The translations under genes and the position numbers were made by a program. The notes under the pieces are model-generated. The model did no database searches and had not been told where the DNA came from. It saw only the letters and a list, made by a program, of their open reading frames with translations. From the NCBI GenBank assembly GCA_041660305.1, contig JBAZWO010000004.1:32873-96872 (forward strand): a stretch of DNA of 64,000 nucleotides. The letters run 5' to 3'. This DNA is from Patescibacteria group bacterium (GTDB taxonomy: Bacteria; Patescibacteriota; Patescibacteriia; UBA9570). Shown here piece by piece: positions 1 through 9,522 of this stretch. Positions within the stretch are counted from its first letter, which is position 1; each line of letters begins with the position of its first letter.

Positions 1-219
1 GTATGCGAACGGATTCAGCAGTTAAAACAGCAAACAAACATGAGCGTGTTAATGATTACGCATTATAATCGTATTTTACATTATTTAAAGCCGGATGTGG
101 TGCATGTATTAATTAATGGAAAAATTGTTAAATCGGGGGATTATAAATTTGCGCGAGAGATAGAAGATAAGGGGTATGAAAATATAGCCCCCCAACCCCC
201 TAAAGGGGGAGTAAGATAA
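1..219 (+). CDS. sufC: SufC Fe-S assembly ATPase, C-terminal fragment (5' end outside window)
   Basis: Frame 1 reads ...NMSVLMITHYNRILHYLKPDVVHVLINGKIVKSGDYKFAREIEDKGYENIAPQPPKGGVR with stop TAA at 217-219. This is a SufC-type ABC ATPase C-terminus directly upstream of sufB. The last ~11 codons come from a GC-rich repeat. Confidence 0.7.
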   Translation, partial: VCERIQQLKQQTNMSVLMITHYNRILHYLKPDVVHVLINGKIVKSGDYKFAREIEDKGYENIAPQPPKGGVR

Positions 220-312
220 TTTTCCCCCTTGCCTTTAGGAAAGGCCTCCGGTTCTACGAAGCCGAAGGCTCGGAGAGGGGTAGGGGAAAGGCCGGGGATT
301 TAGGGGGCTTGA
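186..312. repeat. Family-A GC-rich hairpin repeat cluster (sufC/sufB gap)
   Basis: AGCCCCCCAACCCCCTAAAGGGGGAG (186-211) is followed by further G/C-run hairpins (CCTTTAGGAAAGG and …GGAGAGGGGTAGGGGAAAGG…). Confidence 0.8.
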
Positions 313-327
313 TTTGAGAAAAAATTT

Positions 328-1761
328 ATGCCTATTTCTAAAAAAACAATTAATACAACTAAACGCATCTTTGCTGGACTGAACAAAGCTACGTTTGAAC
401 ATAAAAATTCAGCTGATTATGTTAAACACGCTACCCGTGGTTTAAGTGAAGAGTTGGTACGTAAAATTTCTAGTATCAAGCATGAACCAGATTGGATGTT
501 GAATTATCGGTTGCAGGGATTAAAAGTGTTTTATGAAAAAGTGCTACCTACTTGGGGAGTGGATTTATCCCATTTAAATTTTGACGAGATTATTTATTAC
601 GCGGCACCTGGCGAAATTACTGGTACAAAATCGTGGAATGATGTGGCTTCGGAGATTAAGGCTACGTTTGAACGCTTAGGTATTCCTGAAGCCGAAAAGA
701 ACATGTTGGCCGGTGTCGGCGCGCAATACGAATCTTCGGTAGTGTATCATCGTTTAAAAGAACAGTGGGAAAAGTTGGGAGTTATTTTTGAAGACATGGA
801 TGTAGCGGTGCAAAAATATCCAGAGTTAGTGCGGCAATATTTTATGAAACGTTGCGTGCCAATTACCGATCATAAATTTTCCGCGTTACATGCGGCAGTA
901 TGGAGTGGTGGTACGTTTTTGTACGTGCCTAAAGGTGTAAAAGTAGCCGCTCCCATGCAGGCTTATTTTCGCATGAACGCTGAAAACATGGGGCAGTTTG
1001 AACATACGTTAATTATTATTGAGGACGGCGCGGAAGCGCATTATATTGAAGGTTGTTCCGCACCAAAATATGGTTCTACTTCACTGCATGTAGGATGTGT
1101 AGAAATTTTTGTTAAACAAAACGCTCATTTTCGTTATTCCAGCGTTGAAAATTGGAGTAAGGATACTTATAATTTAAATACCAAACGAGCTTTGGTGGAA
1201 GCGCATGCCCGCATGGAATGGGTGGGTGGCAATATGGGTAGCCAAGCTACTATGTTATATCCGTGTAGTATTTTACAAGGCGAAGGGGCACACGCGGAAC
1301 ATTTAGGCATTGCCTTTGCCGGTGATGGGCAGGTGCAAGATACTGGCGCTAAAGTGATGCATGTGGCGCCGCATACTACCTCTAGTGTGATTATGAAAAG
1401 TTTAAGTAAAGCCGGAGGTAAAGCGGTGTATCGAGGCTTATTGAGTATTAGTCCGCGGGCTAAGGGATCGGTAGCCAAAGTAAAATGTGATGCGTTGTTA
1501 TTAGACGAGCAATCACAATCGGTTACGGTGCCGGATATGAAAGTGTATAACAATCAGGTGACGATTAGCCACGAAGCTACGGTTGGAAAAATTGGCGAAG
1601 AGGAAGTGTTTTATTTAATGTCGCGTGGCTTAACCGAACAAGCAGCGGTGGCGCTGGTAGTAAACGGCTTTATTGAACCGATTGTAAAATCATTACCGTT
1701 AGAATATGCCGTGGAAATGAATCGATTAATTGAATTAGAAATGGAAGGGAGCGTAGGTTAA
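328..1761 (+). CDS. sufB: Fe-S cluster assembly protein SufB
   Basis: 477-aa ORF with a typical SufB sequence (…FEHTLIIIEDGAEAHYIEGCSAP…, C-terminal EEEVFYLMSRGL…GFIEPI). It lies in suf operon context. Confidence 0.95.
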   Translation: MPISKKTINTTKRIFAGLNKATFEHKNSADYVKHATRGLSEELVRKISSIKHEPDWMLNYRLQGLKVFYEKVLPTWGVDLSHLNFDEIIYYAAPGEITGTKSWNDVASEIKATFERLGIPEAEKNMLAGVGAQYESSVVYHRLKEQWEKLGVIFEDMDVAVQKYPELVRQYFMKRCVPITDHKFSALHAAVWSGGTFLYVPKGVKVAAPMQAYFRMNAENMGQFEHTLIIIEDGAEAHYIEGCSAPKYGSTSLHVGCVEIFVKQNAHFRYSSVENWSKDTYNLNTKRALVEAHARMEWVGGNMGSQATMLYPCSILQGEGAHAEHLGIAFAGDGQVQDTGAKVMHVAPHTTSSVIMKSLSKAGGKAVYRGLLSISPRAKGSVAKVKCDALLLDEQSQSVTVPDMKVYNNQVTISHEATVGKIGEEEVFYLMSRGLTEQAAVALVVNGFIEPIVKSLPLEYAVEMNRLIELEMEGSVG

Positions 1762-1773
1762 TATTATATTACT

Positions 1774-2460
1774 ATGATTACAATTACTGATTTTGGTACA
1801 GAAATAAATAAAGAAATTTTGGTAAAAGCTAATGATGTAGTTAATTATTTTTATGTGGCTACGCATGATAATAACATAAAACGTAAAATTATTTTACAGG
1901 CCAATGCGCATGTTACTATTTGTTCAGCCGTATTAGCTGGCCATAATCAACAGGAAATTGTTATTGAACATGTTGGAGCTGGCGCTACTAGCAATCATTA
2001 CGGTTTATTTTTTGGTAAAGAGCACGATCATTATTTAATGAATTATTGGAGTAATCATATGGCCAGCAATACTACCGGGCATATCAAAATTCACGGTGTG
2101 TTATTGGATGCGGCTTACGCAGATGTAAAAGGGGATATTAAAATACAGCCCACTGGCAAGCAAACCAGCGCTTCATTAGTAGAAGCGGTATTGTTGTTAG
2201 GTGATAAGGCACGCGCTGAAACCATTCCACAATTAGAAATTGCTACTAATAACGTGCAGGCTTCCCATAGCTCGGCTATTACTACGATAGATGAAGAGCA
2301 GTTATTTTATTTACAAAGCCGGGGATTGGCATTAGCTGAAGCTAGGCGTATGATAATGATGGGTTTCTTGGCAGAAATTTTGCAAGAATTTAATAATAAT
2401 GATATGCAGAAACAAATAATAAATTTTATTAAAAACAAATTAAGCCCCCCAACCCCCTAA
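1774..2460 (+). CDS. sufD: SufD-like Fe-S assembly protein (short form)
   Basis: 228 aa with a SufB/D-family C-terminal beta-helix signature (IPQLEIATNNVQASHSSAITTIDEEQLFYLQSRGL). It lies between sufB and sufS. The C-terminal SPPTP-stop is encoded by a repeat. Confidence 0.75.
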   Translation: MITITDFGTEINKEILVKANDVVNYFYVATHDNNIKRKIILQANAHVTICSAVLAGHNQQEIVIEHVGAGATSNHYGLFFGKEHDHYLMNYWSNHMASNTTGHIKIHGVLLDAAYADVKGDIKIQPTGKQTSASLVEAVLLLGDKARAETIPQLEIATNNVQASHSSAITTIDEEQLFYLQSRGLALAEARRMIMMGFLAEILQEFNNNDMQKQIINFIKNKLSPPTP

Positions 2461-2468
2461 AGGGGGAG
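2443..2468. repeat. Family-A repeat, 26-mer identical to 186-211
   Basis: AGCCCCCCAACCCCCTAAAGGGGGAG. Confidence 0.9.
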
Positions 2469-2473
2469 AAATT

Positions 2474-3673
2474 ATGTACAAATCCGATTTTCCATTATTA
2501 CAATATACTAATGTAGCCTGGCTAGATAATGCTGCCACTACGCAAAAACCGCAGGTAGTGCTAGATAAAATGACAGAATTTTATACGCACTACAATGCTA
2601 ATGTGCATCGTGGTTTGTACACATTAAGTGTTCAGGCAACAGCGCTGTATGAAAGTGCTCGCGGTACGGTGCAAGCATTTATTCATGCCGGAGCTCCAGA
2701 GGAAATTATTTTTACTAGCGGTACTACCGCTGGTATTAATTTACTAGCCACATCGTTAGGGGAATTATTAATAAAACCAGGCGATGAAATTTTATTAAGC
2801 CCAATGGAGCATCATAGCAATTTGGTGCCGTGGCAATTATTAGCGAAACGTAAGCAGGCTAAGTTAACGTTTTTTGATCTTACGTCTGATACAGAAATTG
2901 ATTTAAACACTTTGGCCGGAAAAATTACGGATCGAGTAAAAATAATTAGTTTGGCGCATATTTCGAATGCCGCCGGAACGGTGCATCCGATTAAACAAAT
3001 TATCGAATTGGCGCATAAAAACCATATACCAGTAATTATTGACGGAGCACAAAGCGTTGGGCACGTGCCAGTGAACGTGCAAGAACTGGATTGTGATTTT
3101 TTAGTGTGGTCTGGCCATAAAATGTGTGGGCCAACTGGTACTGGGGTGCTTTATGGTAAAAAGCGCTGGCTAGAACAAATGGAGCCCTGGCAAGGTGGCG
3201 GCGACATGATAAAAGAAGTTACTCTAGAACAAGCTACTTGGAATGAGTTGCCATATAAATTTGAAGCTGGCACGCCAAATATTGCCGGCGTAATTGGTTT
3301 AGCGGCCGCTATTGAGTATTTAGAAAAAATTGGTATAAAAAAGATAGAACGAGTTACTAGTGAACGGTATCACTATTTATTAACAAGCCTGCAACAATTA
3401 GATTTTATTAAATTGCACGGTGTGAATAAAATCAATCATGGCATTGTGTCGTTCACCATGGATATTGCACACCCGCATGATATTGCGCAGATATTAGATG
3501 AGCACAATGTAGCGGTGCGCGCCGGGCATCATTGTTGTCAGCCGCTCATGCATATCTGGCAAGTACCGGCTACTACACGCGCCAGTGTGTATTTTTATAA
3601 TGAACCAGAAGATATTGATAAATTAATTAATGGGTTAAAGAAAGTGTATGATACATTCAGACCCCACCCTTAA
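2474..3673 (+). CDS. sufS: Cysteine desulfurase SufS (class V aminotransferase)
   Basis: 399 aa with motifs HHSNLVPWQ, SGHKMCGPTGTGVLYG (PLP lysine region) and RAGHHCCQPL (catalytic Cys loop). Confidence 0.9.
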   Translation: MYKSDFPLLQYTNVAWLDNAATTQKPQVVLDKMTEFYTHYNANVHRGLYTLSVQATALYESARGTVQAFIHAGAPEEIIFTSGTTAGINLLATSLGELLIKPGDEILLSPMEHHSNLVPWQLLAKRKQAKLTFFDLTSDTEIDLNTLAGKITDRVKIISLAHISNAAGTVHPIKQIIELAHKNHIPVIIDGAQSVGHVPVNVQELDCDFLVWSGHKMCGPTGTGVLYGKKRWLEQMEPWQGGGDMIKEVTLEQATWNELPYKFEAGTPNIAGVIGLAAAIEYLEKIGIKKIERVTSERYHYLLTSLQQLDFIKLHGVNKINHGIVSFTMDIAHPHDIAQILDEHNVAVRAGHHCCQPLMHIWQVPATTRASVYFYNEPEDIDKLINGLKKVYDTFRPHP

Positions 3674-3748
3674 TCCCTCCCCTGCAAGGGAGGGAGATAA
3701 ATTAATTAATTTTTACCCCCTCTTGCAGGAGGGGGCAGGGGGAGGTCT
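3662..3748. repeat. Family-A hairpins (sufS/sufU gap)
   Basis: TCCCTCCCCTGCAAGGGAGGGA (3674-3695) and CCCCCTCTTGCAGGAGGGGG (3716-3735). Confidence 0.75.
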
Positions 3749-3753
3749 GAATT

Positions 3754-4119
3754 ATGGATCTTTACCAAGAACAAATTCTCGAGCACTATAAACATCCACA
3801 AAATTTTGGATTAATTAAAAATGCCACGTATACGCGTAAAGAACTAAATCCTACATGTGGGGATAGCTTTACGTTTAGTATTCATATTAACGATAAAGGT
3901 GTTGTCGATGAGGTAGGGTTTGCCGGTGAGGGCTGTGCCGTTAGCACCGCTTCGGCTTCGTTATTATCGGAAGCCATTAAAGGCAAAACGTTACCGGAAG
4001 TGTTAAATTTAAAAACTGAATTTATCTTAGAATTACTTCATATAGAACTAGGTCCCGCCCGTTTAAAGTGCGCGTTATTGCCTTTACAGGCGGTTACGAG
4101 GATAAATCAGAGCAGTTAA
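3754..4119 (+). CDS. sufU: SufU/IscU-like Fe-S scaffold / sulfur acceptor
   Basis: 121 aa with N-terminal LYQEQILEHYKHPQNFG, conserved Cys at NPTCGD, GEGCAVS and ARLKCALLP. An RBS-like GGAGG lies upstream. Confidence 0.85.
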   Translation: MDLYQEQILEHYKHPQNFGLIKNATYTRKELNPTCGDSFTFSIHINDKGVVDEVGFAGEGCAVSTASASLLSEAIKGKTLPEVLNLKTEFILELLHIELGPARLKCALLPLQAVTRINQSS

Positions 4120-4199
4120 TTTTGACTAGCCTGATTATTTATGTTAATTTGAGTAACGTTTTAATCGTTCTTTATAATACAGGGTTGTTGGGAATTGAG

Positions 4200-4500
4200 T
4201 GTATATTTTTTATTTGTAGAGACGCCCCGCCGGGGCGTCTCTACAAAAACAATGTGCGTTGAATCCCCAACAACCCACTCGCCCCCGGTCTAAAATGGTT
4301 TAGACCGGGGGCTAGAAAGGAGAACCCCATGACAACATTATTGGTCGTGGGAGGCCTGGCAGGCAGTTTTTTTGTCTGCTTGGTCTGGGGCTCATTAGCG
4401 CGGTTCAGTGAACCACGCGAATGAGCCCCGCGCCCTCTCCCGCGGAACGGGAGGGGTGATTCGGCCGAGCCACGGCGGTTTCGGAGAGGTGCTTGCAGGC
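4200..4500. repeat. Cluster of long GC-rich hairpins (possible structured RNA)
   Basis: There are four hairpins: GTAGAGACGCCCC-gcc-GGGGCGTCTCTAC (4216-4244), CCCCCGGTCTAAA-atgg-TTTAGACCGGGGG (4282-4311), GGGGCTCATT…AATGAGCCCC (4387-4429) and CCCTCTCCCG-cggaa-CGGGAGGGG (4433-4456). Confidence 0.7.
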
Positions 4501-4558
4501 TCGGGCAACATCTCATTTTTTTTTATTTTTTCAAAAAAACTTTATAAAATATCATGAT

Positions 4559-7450
4559 ATGGTATATAATATAACCATGTTTATTTATTACAAAAAATAT
4601 CTATTATTATGTAGTGTTATTAGTATAATATTGTTTGGTAATGTAACTTTAGTTTCAGCCAGCAATATAGCTATAGCGGGTTCCGGCTGTTTTGCGCGGG
4701 TGAGCGATGATGTGAATAACGTGTATACGGTGCGGATGCAAACACCGAGTTGTGCTGTTACGGTTAATAATACAGCCAGCACTAACCAAACGGTAAATAT
4801 TACTATCGAAAACATTGATCCGGATTTTGTGACGGTAGATAAGTATGATGTTATACCAGGGTTAACTAAAACTACTAACACGTTACAGTTTTTATACACA
4901 GTAGCGGCTGGTAGCACTACTATTAATATTACACCTTGGCAAACAATTACCAATGATTTTTATTTTGTAGCGTTATCGGACAATCAACCCAGCGGTACAA
5001 TAGAAGTTAACCCGGCGTTTACGCAAATGTTACAGCAAGTTAGCACGGTTAATCCGGTATTTTTTACTAATTCCGGTGATTTGGTTTCTGGCAGTGAAGA
5101 TACGGCTACACTGCAAGCTATGTTTACCGCATTGCACAGTGAGTTAGCTAGTTATGCCACAGCGCCCATCTACACTGTACCGGGAAATCACGATTATGGA
5201 ACCGATTTAAGCATTTACAAAACTTATTTTGGCGGTACTATCGATTATACGTTTGATTTTGCCAATACTAAATTTGTTAATTTTTCTACGGCCTCACCGG
5301 TAGCTAAGGGAGATGTAACGAGCGAGCAGTTAACTTGGCTAAATACTACCCTAGCCGGTAATACTAAAACCAATCTAATCGCGTTGTTTCATCATCCGGT
5401 ATCTACTCCTAGCTGGGGCAGTAGTACGTGTTGTTACACTAATACTACTACACGCAATGAATTAGCGGGCGTGCTTGATAATAACCAAATTGATTACGCG
5501 ATTAACGGCCATACCCATGGTTATGATTACCGGTGGTTAACTAGTACGGACGTGTCTACCATTAATAATGGTTTTTATCAGCTAATTACCGCTGGTGCCG
5601 GCGGTTCTTTAACACAGCCAGACGGGCAATATCATTTTATGTTAATGCATGTATTAAATGATGCTATTACGCCAACATTTATTGCCTTAAATGATTTTGC
5701 CACCACAGTTAATTACACAGATAATACCGGTACAACGGCTATAGCCACAGCGCAAGTAAAAAATACGGCAGCCACAGCTTTGCCTTATGTGCGCTTAAAA
5801 TTTAAAGTTAGTAACCAGTACACTAATTATCAAGTGTACGATAATGCTAGTTGGCAATATCGTACGCCAAGTTGTAAAGCGTTTACGGATTATACCGTTT
5901 GTTATTTAGACACTACTGCTCCGGCGCAATCTGATTTTACTTATACCATTACCGCATCAGTACAGTTATATCGTGCGGCAGTTAATACCGTGCAAGCCGA
6001 TGGCACGGTAACGGTTAATCCTACGCCGGCTTCAGCCGAGAATGTAGTTACCGGCTTAACAGTGTTGCCGGCTACACAGAGCACGCAGGTTAGCGATATT
6101 GTGTGGGGTGGTGCCGCCGAACACTATCAGCGTACCTGGTTAGAAACGCCCAGGGTAGCTAATTTAGCTACTACATATACTATTAGCGAATTACCGGCAC
6201 AGCAAACTTTTGCCGTAACAGTGAATAATAAATTAATCGATAAAATTACTACAGACACAGCTGGTGTGTTAACGTTCACTTACAACGAAGAAAATGCCAG
6301 CCGGCAATTTAAATTAATTTGGTTAGATGATGCCGTGTATCCGGAAAAAGTCTTTTTAACGCCCGATAGTGGTGGTCAGCCGCAAGTGCGTGTATTTGAT
6401 GGCGCTGGTAAAAATTTAACCAATTGGTACGCGTTAACGTCATCTACCAGTGGATCCTATCGTACCGTCTTAGGAGATGTAACCGGCGACGATATTGACG
6501 AGGTAATTGTGTATACAGGCAAAGGCATCATGGCGCAAGTAGGGGCGTATACCCAAGACGGAGCTAAATTAGCTAGTGTAATTCCTTATGGAGAATCGTT
6601 TACGAAAGGATTACAAGTGCAGGTAGCGGATATTACTGGTGACGGTGTAGCTGAATTAATTATGTCGCCACAATCTGGCAAAGGTGAATTAAAAGTATTT
6701 GGTTATGATGCCACTACAGCTACGTTAATAAAGCTAAGTGGCTATACATTTTATTCAACTGCTTTTAAAAAACCGGTACGCTGGTTAACGGGTAATTGGA
6801 ACAATGATAATGTAGCGGAATTAGTAGTGGTAGGTAGTAATAAAAAAGGCACTAAAGTAAGGCTGTATCGTTATGATACAGCTACTCAACAGTGGGCATT
6901 AGTTAATAAAAAAATTCTCACGGATTTTTATACCAATTTAGCAATAGCTAAAGGTGATGTGTTGGGCGTTGGCAGTACGCAGTTATTAATTTACGGTTTA
7001 AATCAAACATTAGCAGAACCACAAGAGCAGTTAATTGTATTTAAAAATAGAGGCGGGAAATTAAAACTGGTTAATCGATATTCATTAACTACAAAATTAA
7101 CCGGTCAAGTGCGTATGGCTAGTGGCAATGTGTTTAATGAATTAAATGACAGTGTGTTATTCTGGTCAAAGCAAAATAATTATTTAGTGGGTTTTTCGTT
7201 ACAAGAGCAAAAACTAAAAAAACGCTTCAAAAAATATCCTTATAGCCAAGACGCTACTAATAGTTTTAATTTTAATTTGTTAGATACGAATCATGATGGA
7301 CAAGTGGAGTTAGTAATAGCGCCTATGGCCAGTGCCGCGCCTAAAGTTAAGATATTAAATTATGATACCAGTGCAAACCAGTGGTTAAAAACCAGTTGGT
7401 TAGGGTATCCTAGTAATTTTTTGGGTGGGGTGTATATTGGTAATAAGTAG
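4559..7450 (+). CDS. Secreted calcineurin-like metallophosphoesterase fused to FG-GAP/VCBS-type propeller repeats
   Basis: The ORF is open from 4493, but the first ATG outside the GC-rich repeat cluster is 4559 (4577 is also possible). It has an N-terminal hydrophobic signal/anchor. Metallophosphoesterase motifs are GDLVSGSED, VPGNHDY, FHHP and NGHTHGY. C-terminal repeats are GDVTGDDIDEVIV, ADITGDGVAELIM and LDTNHDGQVELVI. Confidence 0.7.
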   Translation: MVYNITMFIYYKKYLLLCSVISIILFGNVTLVSASNIAIAGSGCFARVSDDVNNVYTVRMQTPSCAVTVNNTASTNQTVNITIENIDPDFVTVDKYDVIPGLTKTTNTLQFLYTVAAGSTTINITPWQTITNDFYFVALSDNQPSGTIEVNPAFTQMLQQVSTVNPVFFTNSGDLVSGSEDTATLQAMFTALHSELASYATAPIYTVPGNHDYGTDLSIYKTYFGGTIDYTFDFANTKFVNFSTASPVAKGDVTSEQLTWLNTTLAGNTKTNLIALFHHPVSTPSWGSSTCCYTNTTTRNELAGVLDNNQIDYAINGHTHGYDYRWLTSTDVSTINNGFYQLITAGAGGSLTQPDGQYHFMLMHVLNDAITPTFIALNDFATTVNYTDNTGTTAIATAQVKNTAATALPYVRLKFKVSNQYTNYQVYDNASWQYRTPSCKAFTDYTVCYLDTTAPAQSDFTYTITASVQLYRAAVNTVQADGTVTVNPTPASAENVVTGLTVLPATQSTQVSDIVWGGAAEHYQRTWLETPRVANLATTYTISELPAQQTFAVTVNNKLIDKITTDTAGVLTFTYNEENASRQFKLIWLDDAVYPEKVFLTPDSGGQPQVRVFDGAGKNLTNWYALTSSTSGSYRTVLGDVTGDDIDEVIVYTGKGIMAQVGAYTQDGAKLASVIPYGESFTKGLQVQVADITGDGVAELIMSPQSGKGELKVFGYDATTATLIKLSGYTFYSTAFKKPVRWLTGNWNNDNVAELVVVGSNKKGTKVRLYRYDTATQQWALVNKKILTDFYTNLAIAKGDVLGVGSTQLLIYGLNQTLAEPQEQLIVFKNRGGKLKLVNRYSLTTKLTGQVRMASGNVFNELNDSVLFWSKQNNYLVGFSLQEQKLKKRFKKYPYSQDATNSFNFNLLDTNHDGQVELVIAPMASAAPKVKILNYDTSANQWLKTSWLGYPSNFLGGVYIGNK

Positions 7451-7475
7451 TAAATTGTGCTATAATAACAACATT

Positions 7476-8279
7476 ATGTACCCTGGAAAAGTGTTACAAA
7501 AACTATTTCCGAATTTGGCTATTGGTACTCATTGTACAATTAATCGTTTAGCGCGTACTACGCTTCGGTTAACCAGAATTTCCAAACGTATTCCGCACTG
7601 GAAAATTATTAATGAATACGAAGGCATGAACGGTATGGATGGTTTATGGATCATGAAAGAACAACAACTGCCTTCACATTCAGCGTATAATCCAGTTACT
7701 AAACAAGGTCATGGGCTAACAGAAATGCAAGAGCAGTATCAACAGCTAGTAACCGCTTGGAAAGGAGAAGCGGTAAGTGAGGTGCCAAAACGGTTGGCGT
7801 ATTTATCGCACATTATTGCCGATGTGTGCACGCCACCACATCAACACGGTAAATTAACTCCAATTCGTAAGCAACGCTGGTATGGTTTTTTTCATACTAC
7901 CGATGATTGGAGTGATCGTGATACCGAATCATTATTATTTGATAACCATAATTTGTTTGAATTAAACCTGTTAATTCGTTTAATGTTTAAGCCATTAGCT
8001 AAAGCTACCTTGTATACTAATTTTATTAAAGAATATTTAGTTTTAAAAAATACCAGGTCAGAAACATTAAAACGGTTTTTGTTACAAGAAATTAAAACTA
8101 TTCATGGTTTACGAGTATACCAAGATTATTTGCGCTTTGGTTGGAATCAACGCATTGAGCAAGCCATGCGCTTGGTAGTGTTGCCAAAAACTATTTCATT
8201 AGTAGCTACGTATTGGTATTTGGCGGCGCGGGAAGGGAAAAGGTCACGTCGCGCGTATTTTCCCTTGGCTAGTCACTAG
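7476..8279 (+). CDS. Hypothetical protein with a zinc-dependent phospholipase C / P1-nuclease-like H-x3-D...P-x-H motif
   Basis: The ORF is open from 7425 and the likely start is ATG 7476. The motif LAYLSHIIADVCTPPHQHG resembles the metal-binding helix of the PLC-like fold; I have no further family evidence. The 3' end overlaps proA convergently by 36 nt. Confidence 0.4.
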   Translation: MYPGKVLQKLFPNLAIGTHCTINRLARTTLRLTRISKRIPHWKIINEYEGMNGMDGLWIMKEQQLPSHSAYNPVTKQGHGLTEMQEQYQQLVTAWKGEAVSEVPKRLAYLSHIIADVCTPPHQHGKLTPIRKQRWYGFFHTTDDWSDRDTESLLFDNHNLFELNLLIRLMFKPLAKATLYTNFIKEYLVLKNTRSETLKRFLLQEIKTIHGLRVYQDYLRFGWNQRIEQAMRLVVLPKTISLVATYWYLAAREGKRSRRAYFPLASH

Positions 8280-9509
8280 CCATTTATAAGTAGTTAAGGC
8301 TGTTAAACCCATGGGGCCACGGGCGTGTAATTTTTGAGTTGAGATGCCAATTTCGGCACCTAAACCAAATTCAAACCCATCGGTAAAGGCGGTAGAGGTA
8401 TTTACGTATATCGTGGCGGCATCAATATTGTTTATAAAATCATTAGCTAGTTTTTTATTATGTGTGATAATAGCTTCAGAATGACCAGAAGTGTGTTTTT
8501 GAATAAATGCAATAGCTGGTTGATAATTAATAACTGTTTTAATAGCTAATTTTGGTGCCAAAAATTCTTGGCCATAATGTTTATCAGGATTAACTTTATT
8601 TAATAATGATGTAGGATAATATTTTTTTAGGATTTGATAACTAAACTTGTCTGCGAAAATTTGTATTTGATATTTCTGTAAAACCAGCGCTAATTTTGGC
8701 AGTAATTTTTTAGTAATAGCCTTATCTAGTACCAAACAATCTAACGTATTGCAAACCGTATAACGTCTGGTTTTAGCATTTACAATAATCTGAACAGCTT
8801 GGTTAACGTTGGCTGTTTTTTCAACATACGTATGACACACGCCAGCGCCAGTTTCAATAACTGGTACGGTAGCTTGTTCACGGACATATTGAATTAAGCG
8901 GTTACTACCACGTGGAATCACCACATCTACATAACCATGGGCCTGTAATAAGTCAGTGGTTAATTGGCGATCGTATGGATCAATAAGCTGTACACTATAT
9001 TTATTTAAGTTGTGTAATTGTAAACTTTGTTGGATTAATTTAACTAGTATTGTGTTGGTGCAAAACGCATCTTTGCTGCCTTTTAGCAATACAGCATTAC
9101 CAGTTTTTAAACATAAACTAGCTACCTCGATAGTTACATTAGGCCGGGCTTCATAAATAACGCCTATTACTCCAAAAGGAACACGTACACGGGTTACAGT
9201 AATTCCAGAAGGGCGCTTGGTGGTATCTAACACTTCTCCAATCGGATCGGTTAATTTAGTTACCGCTAATAAGCTAACACTTAATTGTTTAATCCGTTCT
9301 GGGGTAAGCAGTAATCGATCGCGCATAGCGTAATCGGCTGGTAGTATGGCTAAATCTTTTTGATTAGCTTTTAAAATTTTATTTGTATTTTTTTGAAGTA
9401 AGTTAGCTAAGGTTACCAAAACAGCGTTTTTCTGTTTTGTAGAAATTATATTTAATATTCTAGAGGCTGTGCGAGCTTTTATTAGTTGTTGTATTAAGTG
9501 TTTGTGCAT
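8244..9509 (-). CDS. proA: Gamma-glutamyl phosphate reductase
   Basis: 421 aa of aldehyde-dehydrogenase-like ProA sequence (…VIYEARPNVT…, GSNRLIQYV, HTSGHSEAIIT). It is the last gene of a proB-proC-proA run. Confidence 0.9.
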   Translation of the reverse strand: MHKHLIQQLIKARTASRILNIISTKQKNAVLVTLANLLQKNTNKILKANQKDLAILPADYAMRDRLLLTPERIKQLSVSLLAVTKLTDPIGEVLDTTKRPSGITVTRVRVPFGVIGVIYEARPNVTIEVASLCLKTGNAVLLKGSKDAFCTNTILVKLIQQSLQLHNLNKYSVQLIDPYDRQLTTDLLQAHGYVDVVIPRGSNRLIQYVREQATVPVIETGAGVCHTYVEKTANVNQAVQIIVNAKTRRYTVCNTLDCLVLDKAITKKLLPKLALVLQKYQIQIFADKFSYQILKKYYPTSLLNKVNPDKHYGQEFLAPKLAIKTVINYQPAIAFIQKHTSGHSEAIITHNKKLANDFINNIDAATIYVNTSTAFTDGFEFGLGAEIGISTQKLHARGPMGLTALTTYKWLVTSQGKIRAT

Positions 9510-9522
9510 AATGTTTTTATAT

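Noticed and set aside
1167-1553. 128-aa antisense ORF inside sufB. Similar antisense or alternative-frame ORFs occur at 4588-4953, 8956-9156, 19115-19345, 21949-22320, 22824-23015, 23062-23490, 23579-23761, 23978-24181, 29185-29409, 48071-48370, 52650-52994, 54142-54444, 58198-58533 and 63106-63577.
   Set aside because: Each is fully nested in, or antisense to, a well-supported conserved gene. None has an RBS or a recognisable motif, and their composition mirrors the sense gene.
4068-4516. ORFs 4068-4262 (+) and 4241-4516 (-) between sufU and the phosphoesterase gene
   Set aside because: They read through GC-rich palindromic repeats (for example RDAPPGRLY from the 4216-4244 hairpin, and Arg/Gly/Pro-rich low-complexity sequence). 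Stop codons are simply absent in GC-rich repeats, and nothing suggests coding.
8244-8279. The 36-nt convergent overlap between 7476-8279 and proA as a possible antisense regulatory arrangement
   Set aside because: It could equally reflect a slightly over-extended ORF end. I see no additional structure, so it is not worth a finding.
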